Virus record (IMG/VR): IMGVR_UViG_2162886008_000001 | Span: 1-62,919 of that record | DNA: 62,919 nucleotides | Direction: 5' to 3' (one strand) | Source: a virus | Lineage: Duplodnaviria > Caudoviricetes | Part shown: positions 40,438-49,299 of the stretch, piece by piece | Position numbering within the stretch: the first letter of the stretch is position 1 | Layout: every line of letters starts with the position of its first letter | Program-made: the position numbers and the translations under genes | Notes under the pieces: generated by a model | What the model was told of the DNA's origin: nothing | The model's database searches: none | What the model saw: the letters and a program-made list of their open reading frames with translations, nothing else

Positions 40438-41142
40438 ATGAAAAAGATTTCTATTTTCAGTATCGGGTTGCTCACAGGAATAGTGATTACTGTTTCAGGA
40501 GTTGCTGGAGCTGCAACCTATCTTAAAGCTACGCCAAAAGCCGTAACTATAGACGTTGATGGTAAAAAGGCTTCAATCTCAGCTATGAATGTAGAGAACA
40601 AACTCTACATTCCCGTTAGAGATGCGGCGGCAAGCTTTGGCTACAGCGTTTCAAGCGTGACTTCTTCGGCAGTTGCATTTACAGAGGGCAAAACAGTGAC
40701 TACCAATTCGGTGGGTACTGGAGCAGGCACAGTAAACACAACAACAACAGGAGGGCAGTACGTGGAGAATCTACACGGTAAATACTCAACCGATGGTAAG
40801 TTAGACGCCGCTAAAGTGAAAGCAGGAATAGCAGCAGGAGAGATAACAGTAAATTCCCAGGACAAAGAGACTGGAAATAGTTTGCTACACTATGTCGTTT
40901 TGGAAGATAACTTTGCTGTTTATTCAATTATCAAGGTGAATGCTTTAAACGTAAATTTGCAGAATAACGATGGTCGGACGCCGCTTCATCTGGCTGTAAT
41001 TAACGAAAGAATTTTCTATTTGGGAGAACTTAAGGATTATAAAGCCGACCCAACAATTAAAGACAATGCGGGAAAGCGCCCAATAGATTATGCTGATCCC
41101 AAGTCAACGACATATGATTCATTGTTTGCTTATATGCTGTAG
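40438..41142 (+). CDS. Secreted protein with copper-amine-oxidase-like N-domain and ankyrin repeats
   Basis: Signal peptide; LYIPVRD; GNSLLHY, GRTPLHLA, GKRPIDYA. Confidence 0.8.
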   Translation: MKKISIFSIGLLTGIVITVSGVAGAATYLKATPKAVTIDVDGKKASISAMNVENKLYIPVRDAAASFGYSVSSVTSSAVAFTEGKTVTTNSVGTGAGTVNTTTTGGQYVENLHGKYSTDGKLDAAKVKAGIAAGEITVNSQDKETGNSLLHYVVLEDNFAVYSIIKVNALNVNLQNNDGRTPLHLAVINERIFYLGELKDYKADPTIKDNAGKRPIDYADPKSTTYDSLFAYML

Positions 41143-41161
41143 CATCAGAAGAACAAATATA

Positions 41162-41192
41162 AAGAAGCATCTCTCATTGGGATGCTTCTTTA
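41162..41192. terminator. Bidirectional terminator
   Basis: AAGAAGCATC..GATGCTTCTT between convergent genes. Confidence 0.7.
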
Positions 41193-41465
41193 TTTATTAT
41201 TTAATTTAGCACTTGAAGAATAATAAACTCCATTCATCCCTGCTTCAATATGTACATCATTTGGAATCCAAGCAAGTCTATAATCCAATACCTCTGCTAT
41301 TTCTTTTATCTCTGAGAACTTTATAGTTCCACGAGTTAATTTATTGTTTAAATTTTGCACAGTATCTTCTCGGCCATATTTTTCATTAATATCTAGAACT
41401 AATTGTGACATGGTTTTATTTTTTTGCAGTAATAGTAATTGAATTTCTTTTTTAATGAACGACAC
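41190..41465 (-). CDS. XRE-like HTH regulator
   Basis: TMSQL...QNLNNKLTRGTIKFSEI..IAEVLDY; AAGGAGG RBS. Confidence 0.75.
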   Translation of the reverse strand: MSFIKKEIQLLLLQKNKTMSQLVLDINEKYGREDTVQNLNNKLTRGTIKFSEIKEIAEVLDYRLAWIPNDVHIEAGMNGVYYSSSAKLNNK

Positions 41466-41540
41466 GGCACAACCTCCTTCTATATATTGTAAAGGGAAAA
41501 ATAGATATAGTCAAATGTTATAAAATGGTAAAAAATATCA

Positions 41541-41573
41541 TTGACCACTTATACTTATTAATGTAATATTACA
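41541..41573 (+). promoter_or_regulatory. SigA-type promoter with overlapping palindromic operator
   Basis: TTGACC-17bp-TAATAT; TGTAATATTACA at 41562-41573 covers the -10. Confidence 0.55.
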
Positions 41574-41598
41574 CTATAACGTATAAGGAGATGATAAC

Positions 41599-41997
41599 TT
41601 GCGTACTAAAGTGCAATTTATATCACAAGTAAATGAAGACAGTAACATCTATTATGTTCTAGATCAATTTGGACGTACATGGCACACCATTGCCAATTCA
41701 TGTTCCGAAGCTAAAAACAATATTAAACTTGGGGAAGATGCTCTGACATTCAAATTATACACTACTGAGAAATTTGGTGAAAGTCTCCCTGAATATGACT
41801 TCAAGAATTTGATTTTAGATATGTTGGAGCAGATGGGATTACAGGATACATATGAATATGAGGAGGTTGTGGGTTGGAGCGATTATGAGTGCTTTAGCTT
41901 TATGGGGAAGTCTTCCTTGTTGCCCTGCGACTTGCTTTTGGAGATTAATAAATTTTACGGAGGATTCAAGGATGGAACAATTACAATTGGTATTTGA
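41599..41997 (+). CDS. Hypothetical protein
   Basis: AAGGAG RBS + TTG; 132 aa. Confidence 0.65.
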   Translation: MRTKVQFISQVNEDSNIYYVLDQFGRTWHTIANSCSEAKNNIKLGEDALTFKLYTTEKFGESLPEYDFKNLILDMLEQMGLQDTYEYEEVVGWSDYECFSFMGKSSLLPCDLLLEINKFYGGFKDGTITIGI

Positions 41998-42712
41998 AAA
42001 AGATGGACAGTTAGTTACCGATAGTTTGCTAGTAGCTGAAGCATTCGAAAAAGAACCAGCACGAGTAATGCGAGACATCAGAGATCTGGATTGCAGCCAA
42101 GAATTCCGGGTCGGCAATTTTGCCGAGTCATTTTATATCAATAAACAAGGTCGAAAAATGCCCAAAATGATAATGACTCAAGATGGATTTGTTTTTTTGG
42201 CTATGGGATATACAGGTAAAACTGCTTCCGAATTCAAGGAAAAATACATTAATGAGTTTAATCGAATGAAAAAAGAACTGCAAAATAAAACCACTAAACT
42301 CCTTCCAGTTACGTACAAAGAGGCACTCATCGCTCTAGTCGAACAGGTCGAAGAAAACGAAAAGCTTCAAACACGAATTGAAGAAACCAAGCCTTTGGTG
42401 GCATTTGCTGAGACTGCTTTAAAGTCCAAAGATAATATCCTTGTTCGTGAACTGTCTAAAATCGTTCAAGATCAAGGAATAAATATTGGAGAGAAAAAAT
42501 TATATCAAAAACTTCGTGAATGGAAACTCATTTTAAATGATCAAAGAGAACCATCACAGTATGCGATGAATCTCAATCTGTTTGTAGTGGAAGAGAAAAA
42601 TGTAAATACGTCATATGGAATTAAATTATCAAGAACAACAAAGGTTACTCCAAAAGGTCAAGTATATATCATTGAAAAGCTAAAAAAAGAAACATCCATT
42701 GCTGCGGTATAA
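41972..42712 (+). CDS. Rha-family antirepressor with C-terminal ANT/KilAC domain
   Basis: TDSLLVAEAFEK, DGFVFLAMGYTG, FKEKYINEFNRM, TKVTPKGQVY; start refined. Confidence 0.9.
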   Translation: MEQLQLVFEKDGQLVTDSLLVAEAFEKEPARVMRDIRDLDCSQEFRVGNFAESFYINKQGRKMPKMIMTQDGFVFLAMGYTGKTASEFKEKYINEFNRMKKELQNKTTKLLPVTYKEALIALVEQVEENEKLQTRIEETKPLVAFAETALKSKDNILVRELSKIVQDQGINIGEKKLYQKLREWKLILNDQREPSQYAMNLNLFVVEEKNVNTSYGIKLSRTTKVTPKGQVYIIEKLKKETSIAAV

Positions 42713-42814
42713 GAACGGCAACTACTGTGTATTATTCAGAAGTGTTACTTAAGTTATAGTCCCTCATTAACAACAATAGTAAAATATTACTACTTGGACA
42801 TATGGAGGGATAAA

Positions 42815-44197
42815 ATGAAGAACCTATATGAAATCGATATAGATTCAATTAATTCTGATCCAATTATTACTTCGGTGGGTAAAGTTAGATATTATGATGA
42901 TGAAACAGAATCTTTTCAGCACGGAGAACTAACTTTTAAGAATTACAGTTATAGTATTTTAAACATTAATGGAAACCTATCAGAGTGCAAATTTTCAACA
43001 GTGCATAAATACTATATTCATCTAGAGGATAATAAAAATTTTTCTTTTCTTGCTATTGTTCAAGAAGACGAAGATATTATCGGTCATTTCATGGTTAACT
43101 ATTATCGTTCATTGATTAACGGTCAATATGTTCTCGAAGAAGATCAAATTCCAAAAACAATGAATCATTTTGAAATATTAAATAAAAATTTAGAAGAACG
43201 TCGACAACAATTTCGCTCCACTATAACTGAGCAATATAATGACTTTAAAATCAACGAAGAAATAATTGATCTGGTTAGGAATTTTATTGGTTACTGTGAC
43301 ATAAAACATTTTCTTGATATTGATTATTTTTGTGCATTTGAGAAAAAGCTTTTTACTGAAAACAGAAAAGGAATTGACTTTATTATTAATGATTCACGCT
43401 ATGCTAAGTTCGACGAAGTATTTAGTGAGGTATCTGTTTTTTTTAATAATGATTTCTCGATGTTGAATCAAATCATATGTGAAAAAGTAAATATTCCAAC
43501 AGAACAATGCATCTTTCTTACATGGACATTGATGAAAGAGTTGTCTGTGGTTCATTTCTCTAGCACTCTCAATAAAGAATATGGAGAATACCTAGACAGT
43601 TGCAACAATATTGAAGAGTGCGCCGAAGCATTTGTCACTATTGATACAGTAAACTCCGATTCAATGGTCAATGCCTCCCTTCTGTCTTATTATTGTATGT
43701 TTAGATTTCCTGAGCTTAAATTAAATTTCTTAGAAATGTATAAGTATATCTGTTCAGAGATTTCAAAAGCAAAAGAACAAGTTAAACTGAATAGTTTTCA
43801 TCAGGCTCTGACACGAACTCCACAGGAAGCGTCAAAAATATCTATTGATGATATTGACCTAATGGATGGACATGAATTTGAGTATTTTATTTCAACCCTG
43901 TTTACAAAAATGGGATACTCAACAAAAGTAACTAAGGGTTCAGGAGATCAAGGAATCGATGTAATTGCTGAGAAAAATCTGATCAAAATTGGCATTCAAG
44001 CAAAGTGTTATTCTAACTCCATTACAAATAAAGCTGTTCAAGAAGTTGTTGCTGGAGTTAAACACTACAATCTAAACAAAGCAATTGTCGTGACCAATAA
44101 TTACTTTACAGATTCTGCGATGGAATTAGCAAATTCAAATGACGTAATTTTGTGGGATCGGACTATTCTCAAAGAAAAAATCAATGAGTATTTCTAA
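42815..44197 (+). CDS. Protein with C-terminal Mrr-cat PD-(D/E)xK nuclease domain
   Basis: MDGHEFEYF, GSGDQGIDVIA, IQAKCY, AVQEV, VVTNNYFT. Confidence 0.88.
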   Translation: MKNLYEIDIDSINSDPIITSVGKVRYYDDETESFQHGELTFKNYSYSILNINGNLSECKFSTVHKYYIHLEDNKNFSFLAIVQEDEDIIGHFMVNYYRSLINGQYVLEEDQIPKTMNHFEILNKNLEERRQQFRSTITEQYNDFKINEEIIDLVRNFIGYCDIKHFLDIDYFCAFEKKLFTENRKGIDFIINDSRYAKFDEVFSEVSVFFNNDFSMLNQIICEKVNIPTEQCIFLTWTLMKELSVVHFSSTLNKEYGEYLDSCNNIEECAEAFVTIDTVNSDSMVNASLLSYYCMFRFPELKLNFLEMYKYICSEISKAKEQVKLNSFHQALTRTPQEASKISIDDIDLMDGHEFEYFISTLFTKMGYSTKVTKGSGDQGIDVIAEKNLIKIGIQAKCYSNSITNKAVQEVVAGVKHYNLNKAIVVTNNYFTDSAMELANSNDVILWDRTILKEKINEYF

Positions 44198-44401
44198 ATT
44201 TGAACTTCCCAAATCAACAGCATCCCCCTCATTCGCATCCCCTATTGGTGGGGTTATTATCGAATTGAGGAAATCCTGGATGAAGAGTTGTCGAAATTAG
44301 GATTGTTATCATATTATACAACTTTAAACGTTCCGTAAGTTATAGACCTCAAGATACAGTGATGGTAATATATTACTAATCATTTGTCTGGGGGTCTATT
44401 A

Positions 44402-45412
44402 ATGAGATACGACAGAAATAAGACTTTTTTTAAGTCATATACTGTAATAACAATTGCTCTAGGTGCTGTAATAACTGGATGCAGTAGCAAGAATTACAGT
44501 GATGCTACTATAAGTACTGTTGAAGAGGTTCGTGCTACTCAAACACTTGCATCTCCATCTCCTACAATATCTCCAGAAGTAAAACAGATGTCAGAGTACA
44601 TACTTGGCAAATCATGGGACAAAGCCAAAGAATATGCTAACACTTTAAAATCAAACAATCCTGAAATTGCCACGCTTCAATCATATGCTGAGATTAGGAT
44701 TGATTATATTAATCTACAGAATAGCACCGAAGGGCCAAAGTTATATGAGCCGATCTTAGCTAAAATAAATAAATTAAATACAGAAAAAATGAGTGATGAA
44801 CTCAAAAAGCAGATTAATGACTTTATAGACGAATTCCAACAGGACAGAAATATCTATTATGATAATGCTAGTAAAGTTCAAGAGGATACCGTAACAAATA
44901 GCGGACAGAATCGTGCTATGACTTCAGATGGATGGGATCGTATAGCAACAGCATTGGACAACGGTGATTTTAACACAATCGCTACAGAAACAATTCTCTC
45001 TGTTGATTCTGATCAAGATGCAAAAGCACTTTACAACTTCGCTCGGTCGCACATTGCGGGCCAAGACGGTGACGACGATACAATGTTTTATTACCTTGGG
45101 CAAATACCAACTAATTATAATGGACGTTATTCAGAGTTGATTTCAACTCAAAAATTAGCCCTAAAAACCAAAGAAGAATGGGATGAAGATTACCAATTCT
45201 ATCAGAAAATTAAACAAAGTAAGGAAGCAGAAGCACAAAAACCTCTTCCCTATATCGGCATGACTAGATCAGAATTAGAAAATTCCCGTTGGGGCAAACC
45301 AACAGACATTAACAAAACAACCACAGCTTTGGGTACATCTGAGCAATGGGTATATTCAGATTACCGCTACGTATATTTAGAGAATGGCATTGTCACAGCA
45401 ATCCAAGAATAA
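44402..45412 (+). CDS. Lipoprotein (moron)
   Basis: Lipobox VITGC; C-terminal IGMT..WGKP.DINKTT...EQWVY...YVYLENG.V. Confidence 0.8.
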   Translation: MRYDRNKTFFKSYTVITIALGAVITGCSSKNYSDATISTVEEVRATQTLASPSPTISPEVKQMSEYILGKSWDKAKEYANTLKSNNPEIATLQSYAEIRIDYINLQNSTEGPKLYEPILAKINKLNTEKMSDELKKQINDFIDEFQQDRNIYYDNASKVQEDTVTNSGQNRAMTSDGWDRIATALDNGDFNTIATETILSVDSDQDAKALYNFARSHIAGQDGDDDTMFYYLGQIPTNYNGRYSELISTQKLALKTKEEWDEDYQFYQKIKQSKEAEAQKPLPYIGMTRSELENSRWGKPTDINKTTTALGTSEQWVYSDYRYVYLENGIVTAIQE

Positions 45413-45832
45413 ACTCCTCATCCACCAAGCCAATACAAATTGTGTTGGTTTTTTGATGCGTTTTAACGTTTCTATTAAAAGTGATTTTTTTGAAGCACAA
45501 AAATTCAATCAATAAACAACGCTCATTTTGTATCCAAAAAACTCCTTATTTTGACGCACGAAATTTGTTAATTTGTGGTTCATAATTATATGATACGTGT
45601 TATAATAAAAGTGCGACGAGCACCGCCCACTGCGGCTCTCGCGACACACTTGACAAGGTAAATTGATACGACAGATTTCCTCATTATTTAGTATATCAAG
45701 ACAGCTTATTTTTATACCTGTTTGAGATAATTTTCAAGAGAGAAATTTGTCAGAAAATTTACTTGTCGCCTCGTCATGATGTGCATGTATTCGCTTAGAA
45801 CATTTGCTAGGATCTTTCTAGGAGGTGTTTCT

Positions 45833-46009
45833 ATGGATAGGAAAAGGGGAGGAAGAAAAATGTCACCAACTGCACTTGCTAAAATAGCTGAGAAAAAGAA
45901 ACAAATGACTGAAGAGAAAAGAAATCAGATGGTTAAGGCTGGAGGATCAATTAAAACAAGAAACGTCATTGATGCTCAAGAAATTTGCCGGGAAGTTCGA
46001 GGTAAATAA
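45833..46009 (+). CDS. Small basic protein, putative antitoxin partner of the PIN gene
   Basis: Stop overlaps the PIN start (TAATG); C-terminal DAQEICREVRG; alternative start at 45860; TGnTATAAT at about 45598-45606. Confidence 0.55.
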   Translation: MDRKRGGRKMSPTALAKIAEKKKQMTEEKRNQMVKAGGSIKTRNVIDAQEICREVRGK

Positions 46010-46710
46010 TGCCTTTATCTGAGATAGATTTTGGGAAAAGCATTGTACCTCTCGTTGAAGGGGAAGATGCTTTTTTTATTGATACAAATGTCTTAGTTGC
46101 GTACTTTTATGAGAATGACATAAAGCACCTTCCATGTTTTTTGCTTATTACATATTTAATAAAAAATGAAAAAATGTTATGTACATCAGAAATTGTGATT
46201 GTCGAATTAATAAATTCTTTGGCAAGAGTGTTATATATTGATGATAAACTTACTGAATACATTTTAGCTAATCCAGATGATACTAAGCCCAAAAAACAAG
46301 AATTCCGGTTCAAAATTGATTGGAGCCGAAAGATTATTAAGCAGGAACCTGAGATATTAAAAAAGTATAATTCTCTAGCTATATCTAAAATTGAGACGTT
46401 TGTTAAAGAAATGGTTCTTTTTGAATGTACGGCATCAGTTGTTGATGATATATTTGAATTAATGACTGATACTTCAGTTGCATCGGCAGATGCCATGATA
46501 CTCGCCACTGCTATAAATAATGGACTACCTTATATTATATCAGTAGATAAAGATATGCATGTTAATGATTCGATCGATATATTATACACGGAAATAAAGA
46601 ATGAGGATTACGACTACAAAGATATGATAGGTAAACTTGAAATAAAAGATTATTTACTTGAACGCATCGGAGAAATTGAATTCAAAAATAAGTTTTCAGG
46701 AATTATTTAA
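46009..46710 (+). CDS. PIN-domain (VapC-like) ribonuclease
   Basis: FIDTNVLV, SEIVIVE, ADAMILATA, ISVDKD. Confidence 0.88.
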   Translation: MPLSEIDFGKSIVPLVEGEDAFFIDTNVLVAYFYENDIKHLPCFLLITYLIKNEKMLCTSEIVIVELINSLARVLYIDDKLTEYILANPDDTKPKKQEFRFKIDWSRKIIKQEPEILKKYNSLAISKIETFVKEMVLFECTASVVDDIFELMTDTSVASADAMILATAINNGLPYIISVDKDMHVNDSIDILYTEIKNEDYDYKDMIGKLEIKDYLLERIGEIEFKNKFSGII

Positions 46711-46843
46711 CTTTTAACCACTTCCTATCGAAGTGGTTTTTGATGTGAAAACGCAATCTCATGAAAGTCATGTTTTATCAAGAAATATACTCTCAAAAAC
46801 CCTTTATTTTCAAGGGTTTTTTATTATGTCTTTTTTCAAGGAT

Positions 46844-47341
46844 GTGATTATTATCGCCAATGTTGCAATCAATGGTTCAAACATTACAGAATCAACTAAA
46901 CCAGGACATGTAACCTACTCCATCGAGAACTATGAGTTTCTATATTACACAGGTGGAGGTACAGACTCAAATGGAGATCCGATCCCCTATGTCTCACATT
47001 ATGGTTGGGTTGATGGTGGAAGCGGTAGTACTGGTGCAAAAATAACGGGTACTGTTATTTGTTCGAATTCAATGAAGGTCAATGGAACAAGTGTAGCAAA
47101 AGTCGGAGACTCGACTACTGAATCTTGGATTGCAGACCCACCAATTCCAACTTCAACAGATACAACAAGATATACCGCAACCTCCCCCATTTCAGGTTGC
47201 GGACAAGGCTCTATTACGGGAGGAAATAGTAAAAATGCAAAATTAAATGGTCAACTCATCGCTGTTGTTGGCTCAGAAGTTACAACCTGTCTGGGTAATT
47301 CAACAACAATTGCTGATGGTAGTTCATTAATTAATCTATAA
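46844..47341 (+). CDS. PAAR-like spike-tip protein (start uncertain)
   Basis: VNGTSVAKVGD, ITGGNS..LNGQLIAVVGS and TIADGSS repeats. Confidence 0.65.
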   Translation: MIIIANVAINGSNITESTKPGHVTYSIENYEFLYYTGGGTDSNGDPIPYVSHYGWVDGGSGSTGAKITGTVICSNSMKVNGTSVAKVGDSTTESWIADPPIPTSTDTTRYTATSPISGCGQGSITGGNSKNAKLNGQLIAVVGSEVTTCLGNSTTIADGSSLINL

Positions 47342-47355
47342 AGCGAGGTGAATAA

Positions 47356-47976
47356 ATGACAATACGTGATTCCATTTTCTTCTCATATGCTGGTAAAAAA
47401 TCGGTTGATTACGGTATTTATAATGTCAATTTAGATAGTGGTATGCAAGAAGAGTCTTTTACTGCATCAAGAGAGGTGATTGAAGAAACGGCTAAGGGAA
47501 GAGATAAACCATATTTCCAGCGCCTCAAACGTGACCCATTAAAATTATCTGTCAATTTTGCTTTTATGGATACATGGGACACAGATAAAATAAATGAGGT
47601 GACAAGATGGCTAACCAGTCACGAGTATTATCAAGAGTTGTATTTTACAAATGAGAATGGTGTAAATCCAGAGAAGGTTTACTATGCTTTGGTAGTTGAT
47701 GATCCTGTTATTGTACACAACTGTCTCAAACAAGGATATATCAAACTGTCGTTTAGATGTGACTCTCCTTATGCTTGCTCTCCCGTTATGACTTCTCCAA
47801 TCTACAAATGGAGAGAAGGTACATATTCAAATAATATTTCAAACTTTTCCTTGGGTGAGCATAAATCAACTATTGTGGATACAGATGGTGGGTTGATATT
47901 AAATACGCATCGTACAAAATGGAGTGACTTCTCGCCTATAATGAAGTGGTATGAACTAGATCAGTCATACACATAG
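47356..47976 (+). CDS. Distal tail (Dit-like) protein
   Basis: FSYAGKKS.DYGI, RWL, GYIKLSFRCDSPYA. Confidence 0.75.
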   Translation: MTIRDSIFFSYAGKKSVDYGIYNVNLDSGMQEESFTASREVIEETAKGRDKPYFQRLKRDPLKLSVNFAFMDTWDTDKINEVTRWLTSHEYYQELYFTNENGVNPEKVYYALVVDDPVIVHNCLKQGYIKLSFRCDSPYACSPVMTSPIYKWREGTYSNNISNFSLGEHKSTIVDTDGGLILNTHRTKWSDFSPIMKWYELDQSYT

Positions 47977-48008
47977 ACGATAATTATAAACTAAGAAAGG
48001 AGTAAAAT

Positions 48009-48647
48009 ATGTCAACAAACACTACAAAATTAGGATTAGTAAAACCAGATTATACCACAGATGAAATCGAATCAACCTTAAATGCCATTGCTTCGAGCTT
48101 CCAGAAACTTGATGATGTATCTCCAGATTACTCAGATACCTCCCCCACATCCGGAACTTGGAATAACAAGCATATTATCTATACAAATCTGTTGTCTATT
48201 GGTGGATATGTGGGATGGGTTAATATACGCACAGGAATTGCTGCTCCTATATGGGCTAGTATTAAATCTTACTCGAATGGCGATTGTATTGTTCCTAAAA
48301 ATGATAATGGTCACTATTACACCTGCACTCAGACGGGATATTCTGGCGTAACTGAACCCATTTTCCCTGTATCATCTGGAGGGCAAGTCCAAGATGTGCG
48401 TGGCGGAAATCTGTGGCTAACAAATCATCTATATAGCATTAACGATATCGCTTTGCCAACTGTCGATAACGGAAGATTTTATGTTTGCATTCAACCAGGA
48501 GAATCGGGGAATACAGAACCGAGTTGGTCAACGGTAGATGGTGCTACCACTTATGATAATAATGCGGTTTGGCATGGGTATCGAATAGCAAAGTGGAAAG
48601 AATCGGGTACAGCCGCACTGTTTAGGCCGTTTGGAAAGATTGAGTGA
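48009..48647 (+). CDS. Tail protein with two CBM-like repeats
   Basis: TTKLGLVKP N-terminus; W....Y..(G/N)D...P..DNG..Y.C.Q.G.SG.TEP occurs twice. Confidence 0.7.
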   Translation: MSTNTTKLGLVKPDYTTDEIESTLNAIASSFQKLDDVSPDYSDTSPTSGTWNNKHIIYTNLLSIGGYVGWVNIRTGIAAPIWASIKSYSNGDCIVPKNDNGHYYTCTQTGYSGVTEPIFPVSSGGQVQDVRGGNLWLTNHLYSINDIALPTVDNGRFYVCIQPGESGNTEPSWSTVDGATTYDNNAVWHGYRIAKWKESGTAALFRPFGKIE

Positions 48648-48651
48648 TAAT

Positions 48652-49287
48652 ATGAGTAGATGGTCACAACTAACTAACCTAAGCGGAGTGTATACTTCTC
48701 CCTCCTTTCCTGTTCCTCTTCAGGCCGATGGAGTAATCAGTAAAATAACTTGGAATGCTGATGTACCTGATGGCAGCTCTGTTGTTGTGCAAACTCGATA
48801 TACAGTAGATAGTTATAATTGGTCTGAGTGGAGAGAATGCACAAATGGTGGAAACATACCTGAAATTAATGAGGACATGAGTTTGTATAATCTACAAATC
48901 GTATATAGGGTTCTCATTCGATCAGATTCTTATAATACAAAGCCAAAATTCAAGAGTATTAACTTTGATTTTGAACCCATTCTTTTGTTTGATAACAAAG
49001 GTGATCAAAATTGTAGTCCGGAAATTTGGATTACCAAAGTTGAAAATGGGGATTTTAGTATTGTTAATTTATCACATAATGATGACGAATTTAAATTCAC
49101 ATCGCTCGTCGATGGTGAAACTGTCTATATAAACAATGATCGACAGGATATACAAACCAGCCTTGCAGTTACATACAGATATAAAGACTTTAACGATAAC
49201 TATCTATCTTTCCCGGTTGGTAAGAACATTTTGAAGGTCATTGGTAAAGCCGATATCAAACTTCGTTATCAATTTAAATTTGCATAA
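48652..49287 (+). CDS. Tail/baseplate protein (Dit C-terminal-like)
   Basis: NKGD....P, L.DGETVYINN, FNDNYL....GKN.LKV. Confidence 0.65.
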   Translation: MSRWSQLTNLSGVYTSPSFPVPLQADGVISKITWNADVPDGSSVVVQTRYTVDSYNWSEWRECTNGGNIPEINEDMSLYNLQIVYRVLIRSDSYNTKPKFKSINFDFEPILLFDNKGDQNCSPEIWITKVENGDFSIVNLSHNDDEFKFTSLVDGETVYINNDRQDIQTSLAVTYRYKDFNDNYLSFPVGKNILKVIGKADIKLRYQFKFA

Positions 49288-49299
49288 GGAGGTGATTAT

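Noticed and set aside
36326-47341. T6SS, eCIS or R-type tailocin
   Set aside because: No sheath recognised; full head and packaging module and a long tape measure are present
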